Origin: Candidatus Zixiibacteriota bacterium
GTDB lineage: Bacteria > Zixibacteria > MSB-5A5 > GN15 > FEB-12
Direction of reading: 5' to 3'
Assembly (NCBI GenBank): GCA_020348905.1
Contig: CP070756.1
Span: 2,982,074 to 3,042,035 of the forward strand
Length of the DNA stretch: 59,962 bases
Positions within the stretch are counted from its first letter, which is position 1. Each line of letters opens with the position of its first letter. The notes under the pieces are model-generated. The model worked only from the letters and a program-made list of their open reading frames with translations. It was not told the DNA's origin and did no database searches. This document shows, piece after piece, positions 1 through 9,383 of this stretch. The translations under genes and the position numbers were made by a program.

Positions 1-500
1 TACTTGTCCCCAAGGTTAAATATGTTCACATGTTGTTTGTTCTCGAGCCAGTACCCATACTTTATGTTATCGTCAACTCCTCCAATAGAGTTAAGTGGCC
101 TTAGTGTTACAGATTTTAACTCAGGACCACGGCACAATCGCGCAGATCATCTCATCCTTACAGCTGCAAGGCTTTTCCTGCCAGTAGATTTGAAACCAGA
201 TGATTTTGATAAACCCGAGCCGCAGAATTCAACCAGCCACCGACCTGCGTTCAGACGGGCCCACCTATCATCTGGCGCACCTTCATATACAGTAACATCT
301 TAGAGGTCAGTCGGTACTGAATTTGATGGACCGCACAGGTACACACTGAATAGCTTCAAAACGGCCATAACGGACGACGGACATTCTGATGCCTATGAAT
401 TGAGGACTTTGCCAGCATCAACGGGCAAGACAAGTCTGATGAGAAATGGGTGCAGGTTAGCTGACAGCTAATCTCGACTGATCATCAAAGCCAGCCAAGT

Positions 501-588
501 TGGTGCCGAAGGGGGGACTCGAACCCCCACTCCCGTAAAGAGAACTGCGCCCTGAACGCAGCGCGTCTACCAATTTCACCACTTCGGC
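501..588 (-). tRNA. tRNA-Leu (anticodon CAG)
   Basis: Reverse complement reads GCCGAAGTGGTGAAATTGGTAGACGC...GGGGGTTCGAGTCCCCCCTTCGGCACCA. It has a 7-bp acceptor stem, a CTGCG/CGCAG anticodon stem with loop TTCAGGG, a long variable arm, a T-loop and an encoded CCA. Confidence 0.9.
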
Positions 589-753
589 ACTCAGTAGCCG
601 TGCTAATGATACCCCATTGGACAAAACTTGTCAAGAGAGTATGGGCAGACTTTTGGCTGCTTGGCAAGCTACCCTTTTGCCAGACCTCGGCTTCCGGCAG
701 CAACGTTAAAAAGGGTTGCGACAGTTGTCGACGGGCCATATACTTACCAGCAA

Positions 754-1524
754 ATGAGCGAAGAACAGGATATCTTGGAGTCGGGCAACAGTAGCGAAGC
801 AACCCGTCATCCCAGGGTCCTTTGCATTCTCCCCGCTTTTAACGAACAGGGCAAGATCGGCCGGGTCGTGGCCAAGGTACTTGATACAAATCAAGTCAAC
901 AAAGTTCTGGTAGTCGACGACTGTTCGAGAGATAATACATACCAAGAAGCCTTGTCGGCCGGGGCGGAAGTCATCCGCCACGAGAGAAATCTTGGAGTAG
1001 GTGCAGGTATCCGCACCGGTCTTAAGTATGGCAAAGACAATGGCTTCGATATAGCGGTCATTATGTCTGGTGATGATCAGCACGAACCGAAGGAGTTGAA
1101 ACCGGTGCTGGACAGACTCAAAGAAGATCGTTCATACTTCATACAAGGTTCGCGGCGCCTCAAGGGCGGGGAAACCGTTGATGCTCCGCTCTTTAGAGAA
1201 ATAACCACCCGGCTGTATTCGGCCGTTTTCACCATTCTCACCGGCAAGCGGATTACCGACGGCACCAACGGCTTCAGAGCGTTCTATTTGTCGCTTCTCG
1301 ATGACGAGAACATCAACCTCGATCAGGAATGGCTAAACACTTATGAACTGGAGCCATATCTGCTCTATAAAGCCGTCCAGTCTCCCAGATACAATGTCCT
1401 GGAAATGCCCATCACCATTTACTACCGGGGCGAGGCAAAGCAATACTCTAAGATGAAACCTTTCAGGGATTGGTGGCGTCTGGCCAGACCCTTGATATTT
1501 TTGAAACTGAGATTACGGAAGTAG
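754..1524 (+). CDS. Family 2 glycosyltransferase (polyprenol-phosphate sugar transferase-like)
   Basis: ORF 628-1524. The likely true start is the ATG at 754 (MSEEQD...). GT2 hallmarks are ILPAFNEQGKIG, VVDDCSRDNT and MSGDDQHEP (DxD-like). Confidence 0.8.
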   Translation: MSEEQDILESGNSSEATRHPRVLCILPAFNEQGKIGRVVAKVLDTNQVNKVLVVDDCSRDNTYQEALSAGAEVIRHERNLGVGAGIRTGLKYGKDNGFDIAVIMSGDDQHEPKELKPVLDRLKEDRSYFIQGSRRLKGGETVDAPLFREITTRLYSAVFTILTGKRITDGTNGFRAFYLSLLDDENINLDQEWLNTYELEPYLLYKAVQSPRYNVLEMPITIYYRGEAKQYSKMKPFRDWWRLARPLIFLKLRLRK

Positions 1525-1528
1525 GTTT

Positions 1529-2485
1529 ATGACAGAAATTAATTTTGGGGGAAAGAAAGTTTTAATCACCGGCGGGGCTGGATTCGTGGGTTCCAACGTA
1601 ACAGAACGCGTGGTCAACAGCGGTGGAAAAGCCATTGTACTCGACGATCTCTTTTCCGGATCTCTGACCAACATCACAGCCGGGATTGATTTCGAGTTTG
1701 TCGAGGGTTCTGTAACCGATATGGCACTGGTATCTAAGCTGGCGAAGGAAGCTGACTACATCGCCCACCTGGCAGCACGCAACATCATTGTTTCAACGAA
1801 GAATCCACAAAACGATTACGAGGTCAACATCGGGGGAACTCTTAACGTGCTGCTTGCCGCACAAGAGCATAACGTTAGCCGGGTAGTATATACCTCGTCG
1901 GCTTCCGTTTATGGGAATCCCAGAATCCTGCCGATCACAGAGGATGAACGCACCTTGACATTCTCACCATATTCGGTGTCAAAACTCGCCGGAGAGAACT
2001 ATTGTCACGCCTTTTATGAAACTTACGGTACACCCGTCTCCGCTGTGCGATACTCCAATATTTACGGCCCCAAGCAAGACCCCCGGAACCCTTACTGCGG
2101 TGTCGTATCCAAATTCATCGAGGCCATCGACAAGAATGATCCCCCGCAGCTTCACGGCGATGGACAACAGACGCGCGATTTCACGTACGTTGACGATGCT
2201 GTGGACGGGACTCTCTTAGCCCTGATGTCTCCAAAGGCGGAAGGTGCGGTGTTCAACATCGGTACCGGCATCGAGACCAGTATTATAAGTCTATTCGAAA
2301 TGTTAGCCGAATTGATGGGCAGAGACATCAATCCCTCTTACGTAGACCGCCGCGATATCGACAATATCCGTCGCAGGGCTCTGAGCATTGAATCCATCCG
2401 CACCAGGCTACGCTGGACACCACAGGTCGGCCTGAAGCAGGGCCTCAAAAGAACGGTCGATTGGTATATCCAGAGCCAGAAGTAA
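1529..2485 (+). CDS. NAD-dependent epimerase/dehydratase (SDR family, UDP-sugar 4-epimerase/decarboxylase-like)
   Basis: It has the Rossmann motif ITGGAGFVGSN, catalytic YSVSK, and GDGQQTRDFTYVDD, which is typical of extended SDR nucleotide-sugar enzymes. It starts 4 nt after the GT2 stop. Confidence 0.85.
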   Translation: MTEINFGGKKVLITGGAGFVGSNVTERVVNSGGKAIVLDDLFSGSLTNITAGIDFEFVEGSVTDMALVSKLAKEADYIAHLAARNIIVSTKNPQNDYEVNIGGTLNVLLAAQEHNVSRVVYTSSASVYGNPRILPITEDERTLTFSPYSVSKLAGENYCHAFYETYGTPVSAVRYSNIYGPKQDPRNPYCGVVSKFIEAIDKNDPPQLHGDGQQTRDFTYVDDAVDGTLLALMSPKAEGAVFNIGTGIETSIISLFEMLAELMGRDINPSYVDRRDIDNIRRRALSIESIRTRLRWTPQVGLKQGLKRTVDWYIQSQK

Positions 2486-2905
2486 TAGGGTAGACTAAAA
2501 TCTCCCCTGTGCCAAAGCCGTACTTAAAGACTACCGAAGTATAAAGCGCGCAGTACCTTTCCGTGTCGCAGTTTCGTCCTTGGTGTATCCATACAATTAC
2601 TTCAATCCGAGATAGTACAGATCAGTCTTCCAAACATTTGTTGAAACTCTCCTGGCAGAATCTAAATGCGGGGTGCCTGCTATCACTGTTCAGCGGCAGT
2701 TAAACCTGATCTGACGGCTTACCCACTCGTAAGCAAAGGCGCAAGTAATTCACTCGGACTCAGGGACTTGAGATGCCTGCTCCAGGAGTTCTCGGTGGCT
2801 GCCAGGAACAGGCCTTTTTGCCCCGCCGCGAGTTTTACACCTTGACTTGGGTTTTCACCATTTCTATCTTCGCTTGGCTCCGAATTTCAAATCGCCAACC
2901 ACGTT

Positions 2906-4540
2906 ATGGACATATTTAAAGCACTGCGCAAAAACCGGTTCTCTATCCTGACCGTAGCGGTTCCCTTTGTCATCTACCTTCTGCTGACCATGCCTCTGTC
3001 AGATTGGATCATTGATGACGCCGGGATTACCTTCGCCTATGCCCGAAGCTTAGCCGGGGGGCACGGCCTGGTAAGCCAACCCGGGGCTGAACCGGTCGAG
3101 GGATACTCAAACCTGTTGTGGCTGTTGATGATGGTGCCCTTTTTCCTGTTGCGCGTATTCGATCCTTTCATTGTGCCAAAAATCGTTGGAGCCGTTCTGG
3201 TCCTGTTCACGTTCATATTCCTGAGTAAGACCGTAAGACGATACTTTGGTATCGGTCACTTCGGTTCGTTCGTCATACTCATATTGGTTTCGTCCAACAC
3301 CTCATTCGCCGTCTGGGCGTGTTCAGGCCTCGAGAATGCGCTGTTCGTGGCCTTGATAACATTTCTCTTCTACTATCTGGTCAGGATGCTGGCCGGTGAT
3401 GAATCTCTGGACCGGAGTGCCGTCGTATGCGCCGTGGTGACTGTTGGCATAGGCCTGACGAGGCCGGACGGCGTTGTCTACGCGGCGATGTTCCCGGCGG
3501 CTGTGCTGTTAAGGCTGGTGACAGCCCGACCGGTGAACCTTAAGCCGGCCCTGAGCGCGGCCGGCCTCAACGTGGCCTTATTCGCTGTGTGCTACGGGGC
3601 GTCGGTGATTTTCCGCTACTACTATTTTGGTGAATGGATGCCTAATACATACTACGCCAAGGGAGGCCCGTCGTTCGATCTGCTGACTCCCGCCCTGACT
3701 CTGCAGGAGCCTTTCCTGACCATGTTTCTGAACCTTATTGTCAGTATGGTCGGCACCAAGGCCCGTTTCTTCGTGCTTGGATTCATCGTGGTAGCCTCGA
3801 CCCTCTGGCTCAGCAAACAAAAGAAGTGGACTGCCTACGTCCTGCTGCTCATATTCACTTTCATCCCTGGCTTCGTGTTTATCATAATGCCTCCCGACTG
3901 GATGCCGGAATACCGTTTCGCCACACCATTCTTCCCGTTTATCTATGCTTTGATTTCCATACAGGTGATCTTCATTATCCGGCTCTTGTTCGGCAGTGGC
4001 GGCCGCGTGATCCTGGTTGGTTCGATTGTGACGGTGTTGTCGCTGGCGGCTTCAGCGAAGATTCAGCTGCCCCGTATGCGGCAGTTCCACCGGCAACCGA
4101 CAGTATCGCTCAAAGGAATTGCTGGAGCATTTGCCGATAGATTCAATAATTACGCCGATGCGCTCCAGCTGGACGACGGCTCGGTCTTACTGCCTGATCT
4201 GGGAGGAACGCTCTATTATTCCCGGCTGAGAGTTTATGACCTGGCCCGTCTTACTGACAAAGTAATTGCCCGCACGCTCAAAAAGAACCATGCGGGCTTC
4301 TACGACTATGTCTTCGACACCATCAAACCGACCTTTATTCACATCCACGGCAATTGGACTTATGCCGCCCGTTTTGATGATGATCCTCGTTTCCGTCGAG
4401 ACTATATCCCAATTGAAGAGTATGAAGACCAGTGGATCCTGAACCGTCTGAATCTGAAGATGATGTCAGGTAATTACGTAAGAAGAGACGTCATCGCTGG
4501 AAAGGAAGAACAGCTGCTGGAACTGCTGCGCGAAATATGA
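2906..4540 (+). CDS. Polytopic membrane protein, putative GT-C-type glycosyltransferase
   Basis: The 544-aa product has more than 10 hydrophobic helices. The N-terminal loop motif DDAGITFAYARSLAGGHGL is paralogous to DDAYITLRTVDNFINGYGL in the next gene. The C-terminal ~150 aa are soluble. Confidence 0.6.
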   Translation: MDIFKALRKNRFSILTVAVPFVIYLLLTMPLSDWIIDDAGITFAYARSLAGGHGLVSQPGAEPVEGYSNLLWLLMMVPFFLLRVFDPFIVPKIVGAVLVLFTFIFLSKTVRRYFGIGHFGSFVILILVSSNTSFAVWACSGLENALFVALITFLFYYLVRMLAGDESLDRSAVVCAVVTVGIGLTRPDGVVYAAMFPAAVLLRLVTARPVNLKPALSAAGLNVALFAVCYGASVIFRYYYFGEWMPNTYYAKGGPSFDLLTPALTLQEPFLTMFLNLIVSMVGTKARFFVLGFIVVASTLWLSKQKKWTAYVLLLIFTFIPGFVFIIMPPDWMPEYRFATPFFPFIYALISIQVIFIIRLLFGSGGRVILVGSIVTVLSLAASAKIQLPRMRQFHRQPTVSLKGIAGAFADRFNNYADALQLDDGSVLLPDLGGTLYYSRLRVYDLARLTDKVIARTLKKNHAGFYDYVFDTIKPTFIHIHGNWTYAARFDDDPRFRRDYIPIEEYEDQWILNRLNLKMMSGNYVRRDVIAGKEEQLLELLREI

Positions 4541-4608
4541 TCACTCATTGCGCCTGCTGCCAAATCACCAATAGATCCAAACGCCGTTTTGCAAAATCAA
4601 CCATCGGT

Positions 4609-6939
4609 CTATTCACCATCTGATTTACGGTGCGCCGCATTGAAGGTTTGTCCGAGAGATTTGTTTCCCAGGAAAAAGCCCGTAGAGATATAGAAGTGGT
4701 CGCCATAATTGGGAGTCGTTATTCGACATCGGTGCACCGACCCCTTCTTCCATGAACCGGTGTTACTGGGGGGCGGAAAGTCATGATTAAAGAACTTCTC
4801 CTCTTCGCCGGTTGTATCCACATGGAAGAAGATCTTGTAGTTGGTGTCAACCTCGTTCCTCGCCTCATAGGCAAACAGGAAATGAATCGAATCCGCCTCT
4901 GGCACGGCGTACAGGGCCCTAAGGATTATTGTATCACCGAAACTCCATCCATCTACCGCCAAATTCTGCTCGGGATGCAATTCGACCTTGGATGGGATTT
5001 CAAGCCGGAGCAACTCGCGAATGATCTCGTCGGGTTTGAGATTCAGCAGTTTCAGATGGCTAAAGGCACAGACGTCGTCGCGCACCTGGCCGGTGATTAC
5101 GATCCGGTCAAAACCCTCCATGGCGGCATGCTCCGGTATTTCGACGATGTCAATTATGGTACCTCCCCCTAATCTCCAGCGCGAGGGAACCATCTGGCTG
5201 GCAATCTCTTCTTCCTGCCTGAAATATCGAAGGAGATAATCATCGTTGTGGTCGCGTCCGATCTCAAGCACCGAGGCACGCCGCACGGTATCGAAGTCAA
5301 TCTGAATACCCGACGGAGGAAGCAGATAGCAGCGTTTGGCGAGAAAGGCATTGGTTCCCTGGGGGACGCGCTTATTTACCCGATCATATTTGAGTCTAAT
5401 CGACGGACGGGCGGCATAAGCGCCTATCAGATCACTGTAATACCCCAGGTTAAACCTGATGATTTCTTTCAAACGCTCCCAACTCGTAAGCCGGCCCCTG
5501 ACAACGATTCTCAGCCCCTCATAATACGCGGCCAGGTCAGGGTCCTCGATCTGATTTTCACCAGTTTCCAGTGTTGATATGTATCCGTAAGGGACCCAGC
5601 GCCTATAATGTCCCGGCAGCCATCGGCTGGGCATCCACGCGGGAAGGCGCGCCAGGAGCGGGTCGCCGAGGGCGTGTTTGTCCAGCACGTGTACTTCCGG
5701 ACCGACGTAATAGCCGAAAACACCGATACCGCCCCGCACCACAACAGCAGGCCGGGTCTGGACGGCCTGCCTTGCCTCTATGTACCATTGATAATTCTCA
5801 ATCGATCCTGACCCGTTGAGCAGGCCGGTGTACTGAAAGGTGCTGGCCCGCTCGTCCCTGATACCGCGGTGCCAGTAGTATTTTTCATCACCTTTCCCCA
5901 TACCGGAACCGCTGAAGACAGGACTTAATGGCCACAGGACGCCAACTAAGATCAACGCTGCTCCGAATGTCAGAGGACGCCAGCGCAGCCGTGAAAACTC
6001 GAATCGCGACAGTAAAATTACGGATACGAATAACGGTGTGGCAAGAAATCGACCGGTCATGAAATCGCCACCGATTCTGACGATGTAAGCAAGGTATAGT
6101 GACAAACCGATCGCCATTGCGAACGATTGCATTTTTCTGGATACAATACTCACCGCAATTGCAATGACGATTGTCACCGGCGTGATGGGACTCATGAGTA
6201 CCGCATCAAATAGATAAACCAACCCCCGGTTGGCGAGGTCACCGGTGCCGATGCCGGTGCCGAGTTTGGCGTAGGCCGTATTCGGAAAAAGGAAGCCGTA
6301 ATAAAATAGAGAAAAGGCCTCCCAAACAACCACCGGAATCATCCCGGCGAGAAATGCTCGTACCGGTCTCCATCCCCCGACCTTCCAGATGATGTATAAC
6401 AGAGGCGGGAGAAAGATAAGGACGGTATCTGCCCGGTTGAGAATACCCATGGCAGCACATAAAGACATCCAGAACACTGATTTCGCCAATGGTTTCGGCT
6501 CGAAATAGATGATGAAGAATACCACCATGATCAGGTGCGTGAGCGGGTTTTCTAAGCCTGAAGTGGAAAAATCCATGAAAGCCTTGGAGACCGTCAGAAC
6601 ACAGACCGCAAGGACCGCCGACCACGTCGATAGGGCCACCCGGTGGGCAAACAGAACCACCGCCAGTAGTGACAGGGTCATGGATAAGATCACGGTCGTG
6701 TAGTACGCTTCGCCCGTCACCAGATAGAAGGCCGACAACAAAAACATCCACAGCGGATGGGTATAAGTCTGTACTCGCTCAGCAACGTTCCAGGTTAAGC
6801 CATAACCGTTTATGAAGTTGTCCACTGTTCTCAGCGTGATGTAGGCATCGTCGCATAACCAAGCGTTTCTGGCAAGAATGATCAGGAAAACGGCGCTGAC
6901 AATTCCGATTAGAAGACTGTTCTTCCTGTGATACTCCAA
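4609..6939 (-). CDS. Polytopic membrane protein, putative GT-C-type glycosyltransferase, with shared C-terminal soluble domain
   Basis: The 776-aa product has the N-terminal DDAYITLR...GYGL motif plus many TM helices. Its C-terminal ~230 aa are near-identical to the C-terminus of ORF 7016-9382. Confidence 0.65.
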   Translation of the reverse strand: MEYHRKNSLLIGIVSAVFLIILARNAWLCDDAYITLRTVDNFINGYGLTWNVAERVQTYTHPLWMFLLSAFYLVTGEAYYTTVILSMTLSLLAVVLFAHRVALSTWSAVLAVCVLTVSKAFMDFSTSGLENPLTHLIMVVFFIIYFEPKPLAKSVFWMSLCAAMGILNRADTVLIFLPPLLYIIWKVGGWRPVRAFLAGMIPVVVWEAFSLFYYGFLFPNTAYAKLGTGIGTGDLANRGLVYLFDAVLMSPITPVTIVIAIAVSIVSRKMQSFAMAIGLSLYLAYIVRIGGDFMTGRFLATPLFVSVILLSRFEFSRLRWRPLTFGAALILVGVLWPLSPVFSGSGMGKGDEKYYWHRGIRDERASTFQYTGLLNGSGSIENYQWYIEARQAVQTRPAVVVRGGIGVFGYYVGPEVHVLDKHALGDPLLARLPAWMPSRWLPGHYRRWVPYGYISTLETGENQIEDPDLAAYYEGLRIVVRGRLTSWERLKEIIRFNLGYYSDLIGAYAARPSIRLKYDRVNKRVPQGTNAFLAKRCYLLPPSGIQIDFDTVRRASVLEIGRDHNDDYLLRYFRQEEEIASQMVPSRWRLGGGTIIDIVEIPEHAAMEGFDRIVITGQVRDDVCAFSHLKLLNLKPDEIIRELLRLEIPSKVELHPEQNLAVDGWSFGDTIILRALYAVPEADSIHFLFAYEARNEVDTNYKIFFHVDTTGEEEKFFNHDFPPPSNTGSWKKGSVHRCRITTPNYGDHFYISTGFFLGNKSLGQTFNAAHRKSDGE
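4640..5310 (-). repeat. Copy A of duplicated ~0.67-kb coding module (shared C-terminal domain)
   Basis: The similarity is visible at DNA level, e.g. tctccagcgcgagggaaccatctggctggcaatctcttc versus tctccagcgcgaaggaaccatttggctggcaatctcttc in copy B. The protein stretch EIGRD.NDDYLLRYFRQ.EEIASQMVPSRWRLGGG is conserved. Confidence 0.85.
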
Positions 6940-7015
6940 GTGATCCCTCCTGCCTGAGACATTTGGGCTAAAATAAACGCTCCGGCCACGAAGTCAAACA
7001 ATATGTCAGCAGGGC

Positions 7016-9382
7016 TCATCTGATCGAGCCCACGGCCTTGAAGGGTTGTCCGAGAGATTTTTTCCCAAGGAAAAAGCCCGTAGTGATATGGAGACGGTCG
7101 CCATAATTAGGAGTCGTTTTCCGACACCTGTGCACCGATCCCTTCTTCCAGGAGCCGGTGTTATTAGGGGGCGGAAAGTCATGATTAAAGAACTTCCCGT
7201 TTTCGCCAACCGTATTCAAATGGAAGAAAATCTTGTAGTTGGTGTCAATTTCGTGCCTTGCCTCATAGGCAAACAGGAAATGAATCGAGTCGGCTTCGGG
7301 CACTGCGTACAGGGCCTTGAGGATTATTGTATCACCGTAATTCCATCCATTAACCGCCAGGTTCTGGTCGGGATGTAATTCGAGCCCTGATGGAAGTTCA
7401 AGCCGGAGCATCTCGCGAGTAATTTCATCAGGATTGAGATCCAGCAGCCTCAGGTGGCTCAAGGCACAAAATCCGTCATCTCCTTGTCCGGTTACTACTA
7501 TTCGGTCAAACCCTTCCGCCGCAGCCTCTTGCGGAGTGTCGACAATGTCAATTATGATGCCTCCCCCTAATCTCCAGCGCGAAGGAACCATTTGGCTGGC
7601 AATCTCTTCGTCCTGTCTGAAATACCGCAGGAGATAATCATCGTTGTTGTCACGTCCTATCTCAACGGCTGAAGAGCGCTGGACTGTATCGAAATAAATG
7701 CACACCCCTGCTTCGGTCACTAAACGGTTCCCCGTGGCGTTGAATGCGGTCCCCGGTGGCTTGCGTTCGCTCATCTGTTTAAAGTGGACTGAGTCGGGAG
7801 GAGAACTAAGCAACTGTTCCATCAGGTGCGCGTAGGTGCCACCCCCCAGCTCTTTTGTAACCGGGATGTAGGCAAAGGGGTGGGACCATGGGGCATAGAA
7901 ATGCTTGTCAGGCAGCAACCTGAGGTTAGTTCCGAAATATTCGTTAAACACTATCCGGAAAGTATTTACCGGTGTGATTTCGTCGTAAATGGGATCCCGG
8001 TCAAGTCCGGGGAGGTAATAGGCATTGAATATCGACAGCCGTTCGCGCAGATTGGTTTTTCTCCAGTTTCCCCAGCTAAGGCCCGACCCGGGGCCATGGT
8101 CGGATTGGACAATAATTATTGGCGGTTCGTCGCCGGCCGTTCGAAGGATTTCCCGGATTGTTTCTTCCAACCTTACCGTGATAAAAGTAATCTGATCACG
8201 ATACCCTTCAATGTACTCCTTGAGGTCGGTTGAGTCTTTTACCAGGTGTGAGCCGTCCCTTATCGACCACCGCCCCTCAGGACCAATCTCGCCGCCTTCG
8301 GCATCAAACACGAACGGCGGGTGAGGAGCAATAATGTGCGCGAATACGAATTTCGGTGACTCTATCTCCGATAACATCGATAACGTATCAAGTGTAGTTA
8401 TGATGCGGCTCCGATGCCGGGCGTGCGGTCCCTCTCTTGCGGCTTCAGCGAATAGGGGTAGCGGCGTCGTAGCAAGCAGGATACTTTGAAATTCGCTATA
8501 GGCGCGACCTTTGGCGATATACATGTCGGCGCTCTTGAGTTCGGTCATGCTATATCCACTGGAAAACGCAACCGAGGTGTAACCCAGTTCGTCGAGAAAT
8601 TTGAGAACAACGTTTCTCTGGAACTTTTTTGCCAGCGGCATGCGATCGTTGGCCGACGACTCAAATCTACCGAGGTTCTCAATATAATCCAGATTGAGGG
8701 CCGTGCCCAGAGACAGCAGGGTCTGTGGATAGTTGGCACAACTGCTGTCGGCAACGCGAAAGCCAAGTTCATGCAGTCGCGATAAAAAGGCGGAGTTGTC
8801 GTAATCGTATATTTCCTGAAGTATATCCGCCCGTCCATAACCATCGACAATAATGTAGAAGATATCCGGGCGACGCTCTATTGGGCCGGCGGCGGCAATC
8901 GCAAGTTCCCTACCGATCCCGACATCGCCGCGCCTGATCAGCTTGAACCCTCCTTGAAGCAACTGAATTGATACCAGCGCCAGGGCAAACAGGTTGGCAT
9001 ACTTTGTCAACTTGATCAGGTCGCTTCGCGTCCTGACCGTGTAAATGACGGTCAGGATTATGAGGGTCACCGAAATGATAATAACAGTCAGGCTGGGTCC
9101 CAGCACCGACTCGGCTATCTTGACACTGTCGTGGGATATCCAGTCAACAGCATGGCCGTATGAAAGGAAAAGAAGCATTATCACCGAGGAAATCAGGGCA
9201 CCCTTCCTGGCATTGCGGGTAATGAGGCTTACCACTGACGTCAGAAGAACGGCGGTAAGGCCCACCAGCAGGAGCGGCAGCAGCAAATCCACCAATTTCA
9301 TTTCATCGGCGTTCTGCGCATACAGAAACAGCACCGGGAACAAGCTGAACAAGAGCGGGTGTATCGGTGGCGGGCGTTTCAT
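7016..9382 (-). CDS. Membrane-anchored sulfatase/LtaS-like (alkaline-phosphatase superfamily) transferase with shared C-terminal domain
   Basis: The 788-aa product has an N-terminal block of ~5 TM helices. A sulfatase-like core follows (IFYIIVDGYGRADIL ... IIVQSDHGPG), then the ~230-aa domain shared with ORF 4609-6939. Confidence 0.7.
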   Translation of the reverse strand: MKRPPPIHPLLFSLFPVLFLYAQNADEMKLVDLLLPLLLVGLTAVLLTSVVSLITRNARKGALISSVIMLLFLSYGHAVDWISHDSVKIAESVLGPSLTVIIISVTLIILTVIYTVRTRSDLIKLTKYANLFALALVSIQLLQGGFKLIRRGDVGIGRELAIAAAGPIERRPDIFYIIVDGYGRADILQEIYDYDNSAFLSRLHELGFRVADSSCANYPQTLLSLGTALNLDYIENLGRFESSANDRMPLAKKFQRNVVLKFLDELGYTSVAFSSGYSMTELKSADMYIAKGRAYSEFQSILLATTPLPLFAEAAREGPHARHRSRIITTLDTLSMLSEIESPKFVFAHIIAPHPPFVFDAEGGEIGPEGRWSIRDGSHLVKDSTDLKEYIEGYRDQITFITVRLEETIREILRTAGDEPPIIIVQSDHGPGSGLSWGNWRKTNLRERLSIFNAYYLPGLDRDPIYDEITPVNTFRIVFNEYFGTNLRLLPDKHFYAPWSHPFAYIPVTKELGGGTYAHLMEQLLSSPPDSVHFKQMSERKPPGTAFNATGNRLVTEAGVCIYFDTVQRSSAVEIGRDNNDDYLLRYFRQDEEIASQMVPSRWRLGGGIIIDIVDTPQEAAAEGFDRIVVTGQGDDGFCALSHLRLLDLNPDEITREMLRLELPSGLELHPDQNLAVNGWNYGDTIILKALYAVPEADSIHFLFAYEARHEIDTNYKIFFHLNTVGENGKFFNHDFPPPNNTGSWKKGSVHRCRKTTPNYGDRLHITTGFFLGKKSLGQPFKAVGSIR
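7040..7705 (-). repeat. Copy B of duplicated ~0.67-kb coding module
   Basis: This is a direct repeat of 4640-5310 about 2.4 kb away on the same strand. About four of five residues are identical in the stretches I compared by eye. Confidence 0.85.
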
Positions 9383-9383
9383 C

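Noticed and set aside
4-303. A 99-aa ORF, and the general region 1-500 downstream of the tRNA-Leu 3' end, which I checked as a possible integration site or island edge.
   Set aside because: The ORF is low-complexity with no motif. I found no integrase fragment and no direct repeat of the tRNA 3' end in the visible sequence. A minus-strand frame stays open from ~165 to the window edge but is unrecognisable. The evidence is insufficient to call anything.
485-802. A 105-aa ORF on the - strand. A similar case is the 61-aa ORF at 49621-49806.
   Set aside because: Both overlap the tRNA-Leu and tRNA-Ser genes respectively, so they are spurious translations of tRNA sequence.
6239-6751. A 170-aa ORF on the - strand, in an alternative frame inside the GT-C-like gene.
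   Set aside because: It overlaps a long TM-rich ORF on the same strand in another frame. Its composition is Gly/Arg/His-rich and implausible.
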